Shown: positions 1-11,951, numbered from the stretch's first letter. The stretch: DNA of 64,000 nt from Bugula neritina (GCA_964035545.1 OZ037769.1:12864633-12928632), one strand, 5' to 3'. Notes: a model not told the origin generated them from the sequence alone. Numbers and translations are program-made.

Positions 1-850
1 CTAACCTCTAGATCATGGCTTCTCCGTAAGGTTCAACATATAATGCAGCTATAAAATTTCTGATACCAAGCAATGACTCAGACAAACAGACAGACACTAG
101 AGCTTTTCACACCTGATCAGAATTTGCATATTATTTTAAGAATCATATGGTTGGGAATAGAGAGTAGCCGTGAATGTTTACCAGTTGATGAGACAACTCC
201 AAACCCACACAGAAAACATACAACAGATAATGCATGCGCCTAGAGATGCCAAGTCTAGAGCAGATGTAAAAGAACATGTTGTCAGCAACTCAAGTCTCTT
301 GGAAGGCAGCTACAACAGGAAGTAGTTAACCCACCAAGTAAGACAACTCCCAGCCGACAATTAAAAGCAATAGAAAGTCAATAGAAAGTCTGCATCAGTT
401 TAGGGTCGGTTTGAAAGGCCAGTAAATATCAAAATCACTAAGTAATTGTGTGCAAAAGATTATAAATGCTATCAAGTGTTTAGTTTTACTTCAGTTCAAT
501 TTTGAATTGTCTCATCTAATGCAACTTTGCCTTATAAAATTCTAAGAATAAACAGAGGATGAAAGTGAAAGCTATAGAAGGAGAGAGATTGGCACGTGAC
601 TATAGCGGTAAGAATTAACATTGTAGTCACAGTGCATTTTAAATAGTAGATATGGAAGGTTGGCAGAAATTTTAGTAACAAGTTTCTAAGATAACCAAAA
701 TTAAATTCTTCAGCTGTGTGAACCAAAACTACCATCACACATGCTGAAGATACTCAGGCTTGTCTTTATGATTTACTATTAAAGAACAGAATACATAATA
801 TAGAGGGGAAAACTCCTGTAATGAGTTGAATAGTCCATGTAACAATATAC

Positions 851-3800
851 CAAGAATATTTCCGGCTGGAATTTCTTCCATAACCTCCAACTCCCTGCCC
901 ATGAAAGTGTAGAGGTCTTGCACTGTGATCTGAGTCATATGAAGATCTCCAGTCAGAGTCTCCACAGTAAGGGACTGGTTGTCAGTCAGCCTATCTGCAA
1001 GACCCTGAAATTTATAGAACTCAGTGTATATTAGAACTTTCTAGAAAAATAAGCATCTTTTAGGGTAAAGGTACTATGAAGGGTTATTTCAGCGTACAAG
1101 AAAGACACACTATCATTGCACAGTTTATCTTAGCACAACGTCTCTCAATCTAATATCTCAATCAATCTATCAATTCTGTATGTTTTCTGTGAAATGAGAC
1201 AACTCTTAATAGTGAAGCTAGAATAGAGTACAAGTGAGTGAAAAATTAAAACTCAACTTGAACTGAAAGTAGTTTATTAATTCCAGTGTATGTTTAATTC
1301 ATATTGTTTCCATATTCCAGTTAATTACGATAGAAACTGTCATGATGTCTTACAAATGATCTTATATTCTTGTGCATACTGTTACACTGTTATAGTAATG
1401 TAATATAATATAAAACAATTGTCGTAAAGAAATACATATATTTGCTATTGGCTATCTATTTATACTGACTTGAAAACCAAACTATTGAGTTGTTAGTACA
1501 TTTGAAGTCAATATTAAAATGTATAGCTATGGATAATAAAACTGGTTTTATTTCTGTCCTTCTTGATATGAAATGATAGTGACCAGTATTGTAATTAAAC
1601 TTAGTATAATTCATGGTATACTCTACAAGAAGTGCAACATTCAAATTAGATGGAAGTAATGTGCAGAGTGAGTCTATGTGTGAAAGACATAAAAACACAC
1701 ATAATATAAACTAATTAAAACGGTTACCAATTCTATAGCCTCAGTGGGATCATGCTTTGGCCCGAGAACGTATAACTTCTGCCCCTTCTTTATCTTTCCA
1801 CTGAAGATACGAGCAAAGGCTAGGAATCTGTACCCAGAGTCAGAAGAGGTGTGATCCTCTGGAAATATATCAATAAGAACCCTGACACGCTTCAGTTATG
1901 CAGTATTAACATATCAATGTATACCTCAGCTATCATCTACAGACTGCTTGAGGATTGTATGCTCAAACAATTTCACAGTATAAAAAAAAATGTGCAAACA
2001 TGTCTTGAATTGAGTTGGGATTTCTGATCACTTGCTGATGGCGTTTCTGGTTGGCTCTAGTAGAAGAATAAAACTGATAGTAATTATTGCCGAGTTCCAT
2101 TGCATGCTACCCTTAGCTGCTACAACGCACAGCCTCATCACTAGGTTGGCTTAAAAACTTCAACTTTAAACAATGGCATAACGTGGCATAAAACAACTTT
2201 ATTACAAGAGTATTGCTTTAATATATGTATCTCAGCTGTGTACATGTTACTAATATGCTATGTTTAAGGTTTACTCCATTATTCGCAATAAACACCCTCT
2301 CTAGTTCCACTTGCAATCTACTGGTTGCTGGTGAAAGAAGATATGACAAATTACGTTTGCTTTTACCATCAGATCAACATCACAAAACAGCAGAAAAATT
2401 CTTTGTGGGTTAGACTGAGCTATCACATGCAACACTGCAGCAACACTCTTTCAGAGTGCCTAAGGCTACAGATATATATTGTATAAGATCACAGCCTCAC
2501 AGGCTACAGGTCTGTCAGTAGTATAAGACAAAATTCCTCTTACCTTTGGCCGGCACACAGGAATTAGGGTCGTAGTCTTCACCCTCCGGAGGAATTATTT
2601 TTGCACTTTCCTCTTCCTCTCTTGCTCTGTCAGCCATCTTTTGCTGCTGCCGCAACCTAGCTATTTCCTTCCGTTGTTCCAATTCAGCTTTAGACAACAC
2701 CCTACAGTAATACTAGTAGTAGTAGTGGCAGCAGCAGCAGCAGCAGCAGTAGTAGTACTAGCAGTAGTAGCAGCAGCAGCAGTGCGGAAAAACTCCGTGA
2801 TTATAGATAAGTTAGAGAAAAGTATACGTAGGAACTACACCAGGAAAAGAACAAAACAAAAGAACATAAACAAAACATGTATTGCATAAGAAGTGAAGGA
2901 ACAAATTTGATAACATATACGCAGCACAAATTATTAGTTTTTCTCACAAAGACAATGTGGCTAATCAGCAAGTTATTTTAGCTGACTGAAACCATAGAAT
3001 CAAAGACAGCACTTTAACAGCACACGACATTGTATCAACTCACCCTGGCTGGTTTTCCGGGAATATTTCCCGGTCTACTGCAAACATCTTTGAGACGTAC
3101 ACAATGACTGGTTCAGAATCTTCACTGCTGCACTTGAGGAAATCTACAGAATTCAGAGAGCTTGTCCAAGTACAAGCAGCAGACAAGAATGAAATGTTTT
3201 GATGAGAATAGAGTCAGAATTAATGACACATTGCATTGCATCCAGTGACATTAAGCTTCATCTACTTTCTCACTTTATTATTTTAAGCTATAATAATCTT
3301 CTACAGAATTCAAAATAGTACTGAGGTGATAGATAGACTAGACAAGACGGAATAAAGTGCCAGAAACATAAGAGAAATTTGCAACTTAGCCAAGTGCTGC
3401 AGTTATAATAAAAGTTTAGAAAGTCTGTGTGTCCATTCAATTTTCAGCCGACACACCAAATTAAAATATAATATTAAGAAAATAAAAAACCTTTCATTGA
3501 TATTAGTACCAACTCAGAATAGAATAAAAACACTTTGACTAAAATCCTATCGCAAGCTGCATGTGGACTTACGGCTTTTTAAGGCTCGCGTCTCATCGTG
3601 TAATGAGTCAAACTTTACTGAGTGATCACACATCAAAGCCTCTACTCTCTCTTCTGTGATGTCGAGAGGGGACGGGGTGTAATCAGCCACCATCGCTACA
3701 TAAGTTTACACATTCAACAGAACACAGTCTATGGCAGATAAAAACTTGTCCATCAAATCAAAACAAATATACTGAAACATGCAACAACCTCTACATCGAT

Positions 3801-6800
3801 AATATGATTGAATCTACCAGTGGTTAATAGCAGTCTCGGGGAGATAAAATTACAGCAGGTGAAGGTTGGTTGTTTCACATTAAACAGAGAAATATGAATT
3901 TATCTTTGAAATTGATGTCATGACACGAAGTATATTAGAACAGCCCATCTACTATCAATGATATACTCAAATAGCATAGATATCAATGTTATACTCACAC
4001 ACTGTAGACATCAATGGTACACTCACACTGTAGACATCAATGGTATACTCGCATACTGTAGACATCATGGTATACTTACACAGTGTAGAGATCAATGATA
4101 TACTCACACAGTGTTGCCCGGCTGATAGGAAGCCATTGTGACATAATTGCCTTGACGGTGACTCGACTATCACTACTCTTTAGATCTTTAGCCGCGACCT
4201 TGACATTGAGAGCTGAGGCCAACTTCTCTAACTGATCGACGTCTCTGTGAAAATTAAGTTGTTCTGCATAGTTCTATGCTATAGTGAACAGTTGAACATG
4301 TTATAAAACTAAGACACTGAGGTATATTAACCTCCGAGATAAAAAAACTGTGGGGTATGTACAAAGATACCCCCATGAATGGTTCACGCTCAACACGGAC
4401 ACTTGAAGCCTTTTTAATTTCAGCAAACCTTTACTCAAAAGCACACATTTCAGCTAGCGACAAGAAAAAGGACCCACCTGCTCTGCTCAAGGATGGTGTT
4501 GTATACCTTCCAGATGTTGTCCATTATCATCTGCACAAACAGAGATTTCTTTCCCGCTTTCTACATACAAATGAACCAGTTATTAATTATATTTCCAGCA
4601 GTGGTCTATGGGTTAGAGCGTTTGCCTAGTAAGTTCAAAGTCATGGGTTCGAACCCCGGTAGAGGCCATTGGTGATGTTAGGAAGAACATTGAGTCATAA
4701 TTGCTCCTGTGCCACATATGAATAAATCCTTAGCCTGATTTTTAAAAAACCCTTTCCATCAGGGGTTTCTCACAGGGATAGTGACTATAAACTTTCGTGA
4801 GTTTTTTATTACATTTCCTATATCAACATTTCAAACAGTACAGCATCATCCAGTGACAATTTCCTCAACAGGCAACATATTAAAAATAACCAAACACCAT
4901 CATTTTATTTTTTCACTAACAAATTATTGTCAGGAAAAAAGCCGCACGGCACTATCGAATTGGGAGTTGCCTCACCAGCAAATGGTAAGTATTTTTAGGT
5001 TACATAAATTTAGAATAGTTCAATACTCTGTTGTTCAGAAGTATATTTAAAAATTACTACAAAAAGATTCCAAGTTTGCACAAGAAAACAATATTTAGTA
5101 TCTGATCCCACTTTTAGGTTTATCCCAGAGCATAATTTAAGTGCTAAAAACGACCAGAACTAATTCTTTACAAACACACCCATAATTTTCACATATGTTG
5201 AAGCGAATTACAGACAACTTTGATAGCGAAGTTCCTTTTATAAAGAAAGTACGAAATTCTACAATCAGTTAGTGAGTACTGAGTTATCAGTTAGTGAGTA
5301 CTGGGTCGTCAGTTAGGGAGTACTGAGTCATCAGTTAGTGAGTACTGGGTCGTCAGTTAGGGAGTACTGAGTCATCAGTTAGTGAGTACTGGGTCGTCAG
5401 TTAGTGAGTACTGAGTTATCAGTTAGTGCGTATTGAGTCATCAGTTACTGAGTACCGAGTCATCAGTTAGTGAAAGAGCCTCACCTGGGCACCTTTCATT
5501 ACTTTCTTAGTTTTACTATTAAAGTAGAAATCCCCCCACAGTGTCTTTCTAAGAACCTGTTTGTTGAGGCCAAGCTTATCAGCATACAATGCCGCAAAGT
5601 CGTCAACTCTGAAATGAGCGTAGAAACCGTGCATGTATTTATATACATAAATTGGTTTTATTAAAAAATGTGAAACTTTGGAATATATGTAAATCGTAGT
5701 AGTACTTTCAGTAAATTTAGTGATGAAATATCAGTAGCCAGATAACCACATGAATCAATCAAAACATTGCTAACTTAGATTTACAGCCTAGAATACACAA
5801 CCACATTGAAGATAAAGTTGAACCAAGACAGAGAGCTGGGTCAGCATTATTAGTCTTACAGGTAAGTTTAGACTGTCACTGAGAATGAAGCTTGAAGCAC
5901 TGACATGACTTGAACAAATACATTCCACTGCAACAAATAGAGGACAACTTCTCACCCAAAAGCCCAGCCATCGATGGCACTCCCGAACACCACGTTGCCC
6001 ATAATCGGCGAGAAATAGAGGTGCGCGTCATCATTTTCATCCGAGTGGAGTCCAGAATCCCAGTTGAACAAGTTGTCCTCTCCATTCCCTGTCTGATCTG
6101 ACTCCACTTCCTTTTTATTCTGAAAGCAAAATCAGGATTCGGCGTTTACTATTCACCATGTCATGTGCATCAGCCAACAGCTAAATCAAACTTTAACTTT
6201 TGATTAAAACAAAATTTGTATCAATATGTGTGTGAAGGAGTTATCTTCTCAACAAGTAATTTCCATCCGTTAGTGAATACTCTAGCTGCCAAATAACTAA
6301 ATAATAATGTATTTCAATCTAGGAATTACTTTGATTCAAGCATTCAAATTACATCTTCGCTCTGCAACTTAGAAGTCTGGGCAGTCAGCTACAAGTTAAC
6401 AAGGCCAACAAGCCAATGAAGTAATGACTCAACATCTCACTCCGCCTTCAGATATCCACAACAACCAGTAGGCAGAATGCAAGACATATTGCAACTTGTG
6501 GCAAATATTAGCAATGAAGCTCCATAATGTTTAGTCATATATTATTAGTCATATAATATTAGTCATATAATATTAGTCATATAATATTAGTCATATAATA
6601 TTAGTTATATAATATTAGTCATATAATATCAGTCATATAATATTAGTCATATAATATTAGTCACATGGCATTAATAATAGCATCAGCCATATAATATTAG
6701 TCACATGGCATTAATCATAGCATTAGTCATACAATATTAGTCACATGGCATTAATCATAGCATTAGTCATATAGCATTAGTCATAGTATTAGTCATATGG

Positions 6801-9695
6801 TCACAATCATAGCACTAGTGGATCTGAAAACTTAGTAATACTGCAGCTAGAAACTCACGTCATTTCGCAGAGCTGCCTTTTTCATGATGTCCCCAGAGAT
6901 CAGCTGCGCCATGACAGCATTCACCTGCTCCAGCAGTTGCTGTAAATGAGTGTGACTCTCAGCTGGTGTTAGCTTCAGTTCTGTTACTAGTCTGTCTACT
7001 TTATTCACCAGAAGGACGGGGCGAATGTTCTCCAGCCAAGCTTGCCGTAACACAGCGTGAGTCTAGATTCAAATGTCAAACAAGACTAGCACACAGTTTA
7101 TGACTTGATGATATAAAAAATAAAAGACAATGCCGAAGTCGGATTACAGGACTTGGCAACTTCTAGAACGAAATGTCAATGTTTGCTGTTTTGTAAGAGC
7201 ATTAGCAACTAGTAGAATGAAAAATCAGCTGCCGAAATCTCATCATTAACTGTATTTGCAGCAAAAAACATTTCCTTTAAAGTCTCAGAGAGCTCCTTTC
7301 AAAATCAGTTGACAATTTTATCATAATCACAGACTAGCATCCAGCAATGCATCAAATAGAACGCATAAAACGCATGATGCAACAGAACCTGAGGTGGTGA
7401 GACTGGTACCACAGGACACAGGGCACACCAAAACCTGAGGTAGTGAGACTGACACCACAGGACATAGTTGGAGTACTTGTGGTAACACACAGTAAAAGTG
7501 AACATTCAGAATAAACGGTTACAGTAGAGAATTACAGCATCACCAGCAGTAAACTTTATAAACTCGCAGCAAAATTAAACAGTCAGAGTCACACAGCTGG
7601 AGTGTTTAGTCACAGTACTCAGCTAGAGTCACACAGCTGGAGTATTTAGTTACAGTACTCAGTTAGAGTCACACAGCTGGAGTATTCAGTTACAGTACTC
7701 AGTTAGAGTTAACAGCTGGAGTATTCAGTTACAGTACTCAGTAGTCACACAGCCAGAGTATTTAGTCACAGTACTCAGTTAGAGTCACAGTGTCAGCTGG
7801 TAGTTAGTTACAGTACTCAGTTAGAGTCACGGTGTCAGCTGGTAGTGACGAGAATACCTGTGGAGACACGCCTTCAACAGCATCAATAACGACAATAGCT
7901 CCGTCACATAATCTCACAGCAGTCGATACTTCACTGGAGAAATCAATGTGACCCGGCGAGTCGATAAGATTGATCAAATAATGCTCTTCAGCTACAAAAT
8001 ATTCAATCATTTTGAGATGTGTCAAAAGGGTTACATGTGTAAACATTTCTATTAAATTTTACTCTAGTGGTTAGCATGGTCTTTCAACAACAGTTTTTTA
8101 CTATTACTGTTCAAATTATATCGTAAAATTTAGACCGTCAATAATCTTATACCCCAAAAAATATTTTCAATTTTAAGCAAGGATGAACAGAGCAAATAAG
8201 GTATTAAATGTAGGAATGAGTTATAGGATTTGGCATTAATATCTAGAGCTAATACCCTCGAAGCTTAGTATATAAACTGCGCAAATGCTAAAGTTAAGAT
8301 CCATTCGTTATCACTAGATATAAAAGATGCTCATTCTAGACATGGATTCAATGGGTTAGAGAACTGTGCATAGAAAACAGCGCCACTTAGAAATAACCTA
8401 GTAAAGTTAGCTAATATCTATAAAATTATTCTATATTGATAACATATTAGTACTGCCTATAAGGTGCACAAGGAGGTGATTTTAAGCTTATGAACCAAGA
8501 CTATAAAAAAGTATCATCATCTACACTACAGTTTTACGAAATCTAGGTAAAAGCTTTTGACGACTGTCATTGAATACATCATGGAATTACGCATTTAATT
8601 AGGTGAGATTAGCATATACTGGTCTCACTCAGCTTACCTTTAGAGAAATACAGTGAAATGGCACTAGACTTCATTGTGATTCCTCGAAGCTGTTCTTCTT
8701 CCAGACTATCCATGTACCTGAGCTGAAAGAGAAACACCATGGTAACCCATCAATACTACTTCACTACTCACCTACATTGTTACAGCAAGCTCAGCATGGT
8801 CTGTGCAATGTTTCCATTATTACAACCTTACGAGTCATTTTACAAGTTTTTTAGTGGTTTACTTGCTGTTTACTAAAGTTGAACACATTTATTTCAAATG
8901 TATCAATATATTGATTGTAAATGACCTTACAAAAACAAGTTTTTTAACTTAAACATTTAAAGAAGCACCACAACTAAATAATATACAGAGCCAAGATATG
9001 CCTACATATCGATTTTAGACTCCAAGAAGAAATTGAAGCTGATATCCACATGCTCATGGGAGACAGAGCAATAATTATGTGAAGGAATTTGTCCCAACTC
9101 ACATTACATGAAACAGTAATGCATGTGAAGGTGTAAAAACTCAGCTTTTCATGTTTGAAATAATATTCAAATCATTAATTCGTTTCTAGTGCTTTTGACA
9201 ACTAGATGGAACATTTTATTCATTCAACGTTCAACCAACCTTTCCAGCCATTTTCTGTGAGATGATTCCATTACTAGCAACCAGAGTATCAGCAAGAGTC
9301 GTCTTCCCTTTAAAAAAGAAATCAAATTGTATGAGGATTGCCTCAACGTAGTGCATTAACCAAGCATCTGAGCTGCAAATGCTTAAATTAGAATAAAATT
9401 ATAAACTTTCAAATTTAATTCACAATTTACTAAACATAGTTTTCACATCAAATTTTGGAAAAAAAACTTGAAATTTATCTTCATTAAAAAATACTTGTTA
9501 TAATAATTATTATATTGAGTGGAAGAAATTAAGAAACATCCCAGGGTAAAGACATTATAAAAATCAACATATCAGCACATTCAACAGTTCTTTTTATCAC
9601 TTACCATGGTCAACATGTGCCAGAATGCAAATATTACGAATATACTTGACCCTCTTCTGTAACTTAGAGAGAAGCTCTGCTGGTACAGCCTTCAT
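851..9695 (-). CDS. EFL1: Elongation factor-like GTPase 1 (EFL1/RIA1, 60S maturation), 5' 14 coding exons; 3' part lies beyond the left edge
   Basis: Phase-consistent GT-AG exons: 9605-9695, 9240-9307, 8638-8722, 7858-7991, 6859-7062, 5956-6119, 5485-5608, 4478-4560, 4108-4244, 3573-3695, 3044-3143, 2544-2701, 1728-1858, 851-1004. Motifs: [107 protein letters not shown]. The charged insertion in domain II distinguishes EFL1 from eEF2. Confidence 0.93.
2703..2782. repeat. (TAG/CAG)n trinucleotide microsatellite in EFL1 intron
   Basis: gtagtagtagtggcagcagcagcagcagcagcagtagtag... seen directly. Confidence 0.85.
3950..4107. repeat. ~29-bp degenerate minisatellite containing copies of the EFL1 exon 9 donor (GTGAGTAT on minus)
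   Basis: About 5 units of tgtagacatcaatggtatactcacac abutting the donor at 4107. Confidence 0.75.
4598..4807 (+). mobile_element. tRNA-derived SINE, family A, copy 1
   Basis: A-box TGGTCTATGGGTTAG and B-box GGTTCGAACC. The body ggccattggtgatgttaggaagaacat...cacagggatagtgactataaac is shared with three other copies. T-run end. TSD-like attatatttcc/attacatttcc. Confidence 0.85.
5265..5471. repeat. 21-bp minisatellite (tcagttagtgagtactgagtca-like) about 10 copies
   Basis: Direct tandem units next to the EFL1 exon 7 donor. Confidence 0.9.
6530..6812. repeat. 14-bp (agtcatataatatt)n minisatellite with longer variant units
   Basis: Direct tandem units near the EFL1 exon 5 donor. Confidence 0.9.
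7585..7848. repeat. ~40-bp minisatellite (agagtcacacagctggagtatttagttacagtactcagtt) about 6-7 copies
   Basis: Direct tandem units next to the EFL1 exon 4 donor. Confidence 0.9.
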
Positions 9696-10299
9696 TGTCT
9701 ATGAGTTAGAAATATGTCTTGAGATGTGCTGAATTTTACTCACCATAGAAACCTAGAGCAGAGCGTGTTGGCAATTATCAACATATTAAATCTAGAAGGT
9801 TATGTTGAAATTTTCAATTAGCATGACATATAAATTTATAAAATTTATAACATCATTAGCACTTTGCTACATAGCTGAAAAGGAAATTGTCACTTGATAT
9901 TTCGTATGGGCTATTGAAAAATTCCTATAGTTGACATTATAAGCAGATAATTATTTCTTGTTTCCCGCTTCAATTAGGGTAAAACAAAACTGGTACAAAA
10001 AATTATTAAATAAAAATTAAAACTTAACTTTCCAAGACATGGTACACAATCACATGACGCATAGTAAATTTAGAAACAGTATTTCTCTTTATCTAAGACA
10101 ATTAGCATGTGTTGATATCAAAGTAATAAATCATAACATGATAAATAAGTATTACTACTAGTATTAGTACCTATTACGGAGCATAATAGTAATAGTAATA
10201 GTAATACTAATACTAAATCAAGTAAAACTAAAAGCAAATCAAAATATAATACTAAATCTGTTAAAGACTAATAGTAAATGTTAATCATAATCATAATAT

Positions 10300-10605
10300 T
10301 GTTATAATTTTCAGATTTAGGGTCGATGTGCCACCAAGAGAGTCTATTTATCACTAGAGGAACTTCACCGAGTTAAGTCGAGTAGATATCGTTATATTTT
10401 AATACAAGAATACATAATAAAATCTAATGTACAACAGTAATGATACGCACGTCTATTTAATTTACAGCACTATCCTCAACTGAGCTAGTAGCGCGAAGCT
10501 GCTACTATTACTCATAAAACAGCCTAGCTAATTGGCTAATACATTGTTCCGGGTCAATACGCAACCTTGCGTATTGTGTTGCTGGTAGCTCCACGAGCCA
10601 CCACA
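10300..10605 (-). repeat. 3' LTR (306 bp)
   Basis: tgttataattttcag...gagccaccaca, a direct repeat of 17455-17760; preceded on the minus strand by the PPT. Confidence 0.97.
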
Positions 10606-10617
10606 CTGCCCCCTCCA
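10606..10617 (-). other. Polypurine tract (GGAGGGGGCAG) abutting the 3' LTR
   Basis: Minus strand reads ...ctGGAGGGGGCAG|TGTGGTGG. Confidence 0.85.
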
Positions 10618-10877
10618 GCAGAAAGCCCTCTTTCTGATAAAAATAAAATTCACATAAAAAAACGTATACTTCGTTGCGGGGGGGGAAGAGAACAGTATAA
10701 AAGTATATACAAAAAAAAACAAACAACCGATAAAATATACAGGTATATATAAACGTGCACAATAAGTAATAAGTAAGAGAAGGTCCTATCTACATGTAGA
10801 GTACGTGCCACCATAACGGTAGGGAATGTCACAGAGAGGTAGGGGAAGAGTAGTATGGAGTTGGAGATAGACTCAAG

Positions 10878-11951
10878 TTAACTGCGGGCCGCACGCTTCA
10901 TGCGTTTAATAGACTCCTGTAAATATTTGAGTTCACTGGATGCAGCCTGCACCCGTGGGGCCAGTCTGTACACTTCTTGCTCCAAGTCGTGTGCCCTAGC
11001 TTCTACTTCACGTAGGTTGCGGGCCCAGGGGGACGAGCGAGAGGAAGTCGGCTGTCTGTGTCTTTTCCGCTCTGAGGATGGAAGGGGAGGAGGGAGTGTA
11101 TACGCATTCGTGTCTACCCTCTGTAGTACGACACGAGGAAAGGTATGCGGTATGCGTAGAGGACTGTGAGGTGGAGAGTTAGTAGACTGTATAGGTTTAT
11201 CTGCGGCTCCAGAGATGATGGGTCGCGGGGAAGGGAAGCCTTGCTCCAGGCGAGATAGCCGAGCTGGGTCAGTGATGAGTGGTTTGATGGCGTTGAGAAA
11301 TGCAGGATAGGATGATTCGTCTACTTCATAGACATGTCCTTGATAACACTGCATAGTACGTTGGTGCCGCAATAGGTAATCACGATTGTAGCTATATTCT
11401 CCGCAAGGGCAGAAAGTGGTGATGTAGTGCTGCGGCAAGTGTACTTTTAGTCTGCGGTGGGTTGTGAATCGCTGCTGGCAGAGGTTGCATTCACGATTAC
11501 TCTCACCTCCTTGATGGGTCCTGATTTCTCTCTCTGTGGCAGGGGTAATCCAGTTGGAGGTTGCTTCCAACTGGGGTGGCAGTTGCCTGGTTGTAGAAGT
11601 TGTTGGGGCCGGCTCTGGGTCCCACGCCATCTCTAGAGAAGGCATGCCCGGAGAGACGGGCGCGAGTGTGTCTACAAAAGTAGAATTATTGTTAGATCGC
11701 GGTGGATCTTTACAACATAATTCTAGTGACTGTCGACCGTTGCTAGCCTGAGAGTCACAGCTTTTGGAATGCACTCGAGGAACTGATGAATCATGTGTGG
11801 ACTGACCAAGAACAGTGTCTAACTCCAGGTCTAACAGACCGTCGGCCATTACAGTGTCTTCATCGTCATTCACATGAAACGTGGTTCCCAGTAATTCTGA
11901 TTCAATCTGCTGAATTAGTTCAGAATTTACTGGCATCGAGCCCGTTTCCAT
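10878..11951 (-). CDS. Retrotransposon ORF3 (357 aa): tandem zinc-finger / coiled-coil protein in the env position, not an envelope
   Basis: Intact ATG-TAA ORF between the pol stop and the PPT. Zinc fingers CNLCQQRFTTHRRLKVHLPQH (C-x2-C-x12-H-x3-H) and CPCGEYSYNRDYLLRHQRTMQC (C-x-C-x12-H-x5-C). RKRHR basic patch and heptad C-terminus. No signal peptide or TM segment. Confidence 0.8.
   Translation of the reverse strand: METGSMPVNSELIQQIESELLGTTFHVNDDEDTVMADGLLDLELDTVLGQSTHDSSVPRVHSKSCDSQASNGRQSLELCCKDPPRSNNNSTFVDTLAPVSPGMPSLEMAWDPEPAPTTSTTRQLPPQLEATSNWITPATEREIRTHQGGESNRECNLCQQRFTTHRRLKVHLPQHYITTFCPCGEYSYNRDYLLRHQRTMQCYQGHVYEVDESSYPAFLNAIKPLITDPARLSRLEQGFPSPRPIISGAADKPIQSTNSPPHSPLRIPHTFPRVVLQRVDTNAYTLPPPLPSSERKRHRQPTSSRSSPWARNLREVEARAHDLEQEVYRLAPRVQAASSELKYLQESIKRMKRAARS

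Noticed and set aside
1-50. Exon-like AG...GT segment at the left edge as the next EFL1 exon
   Set aside because: All three minus-strand frames contain stops, and it does not resemble the expected IGGL...KSATL continuation.
5265-5471. CTGATGA in repeat units (hammerhead ribozyme core) or a CRISPR-like array
   Set aside because: No GAAA or stem architecture and no unique spacers; eukaryotic intronic minisatellite.
7435-7456. TGAGGTAGT let-7-like seed
   Set aside because: Only 9 nt match, part of a local direct duplication, and no precursor hairpin.
10878-11951. ORF3 as an env gene
   Set aside because: No signal peptide, fusion peptide or TM anchor; zinc fingers and an NLS-like patch instead.
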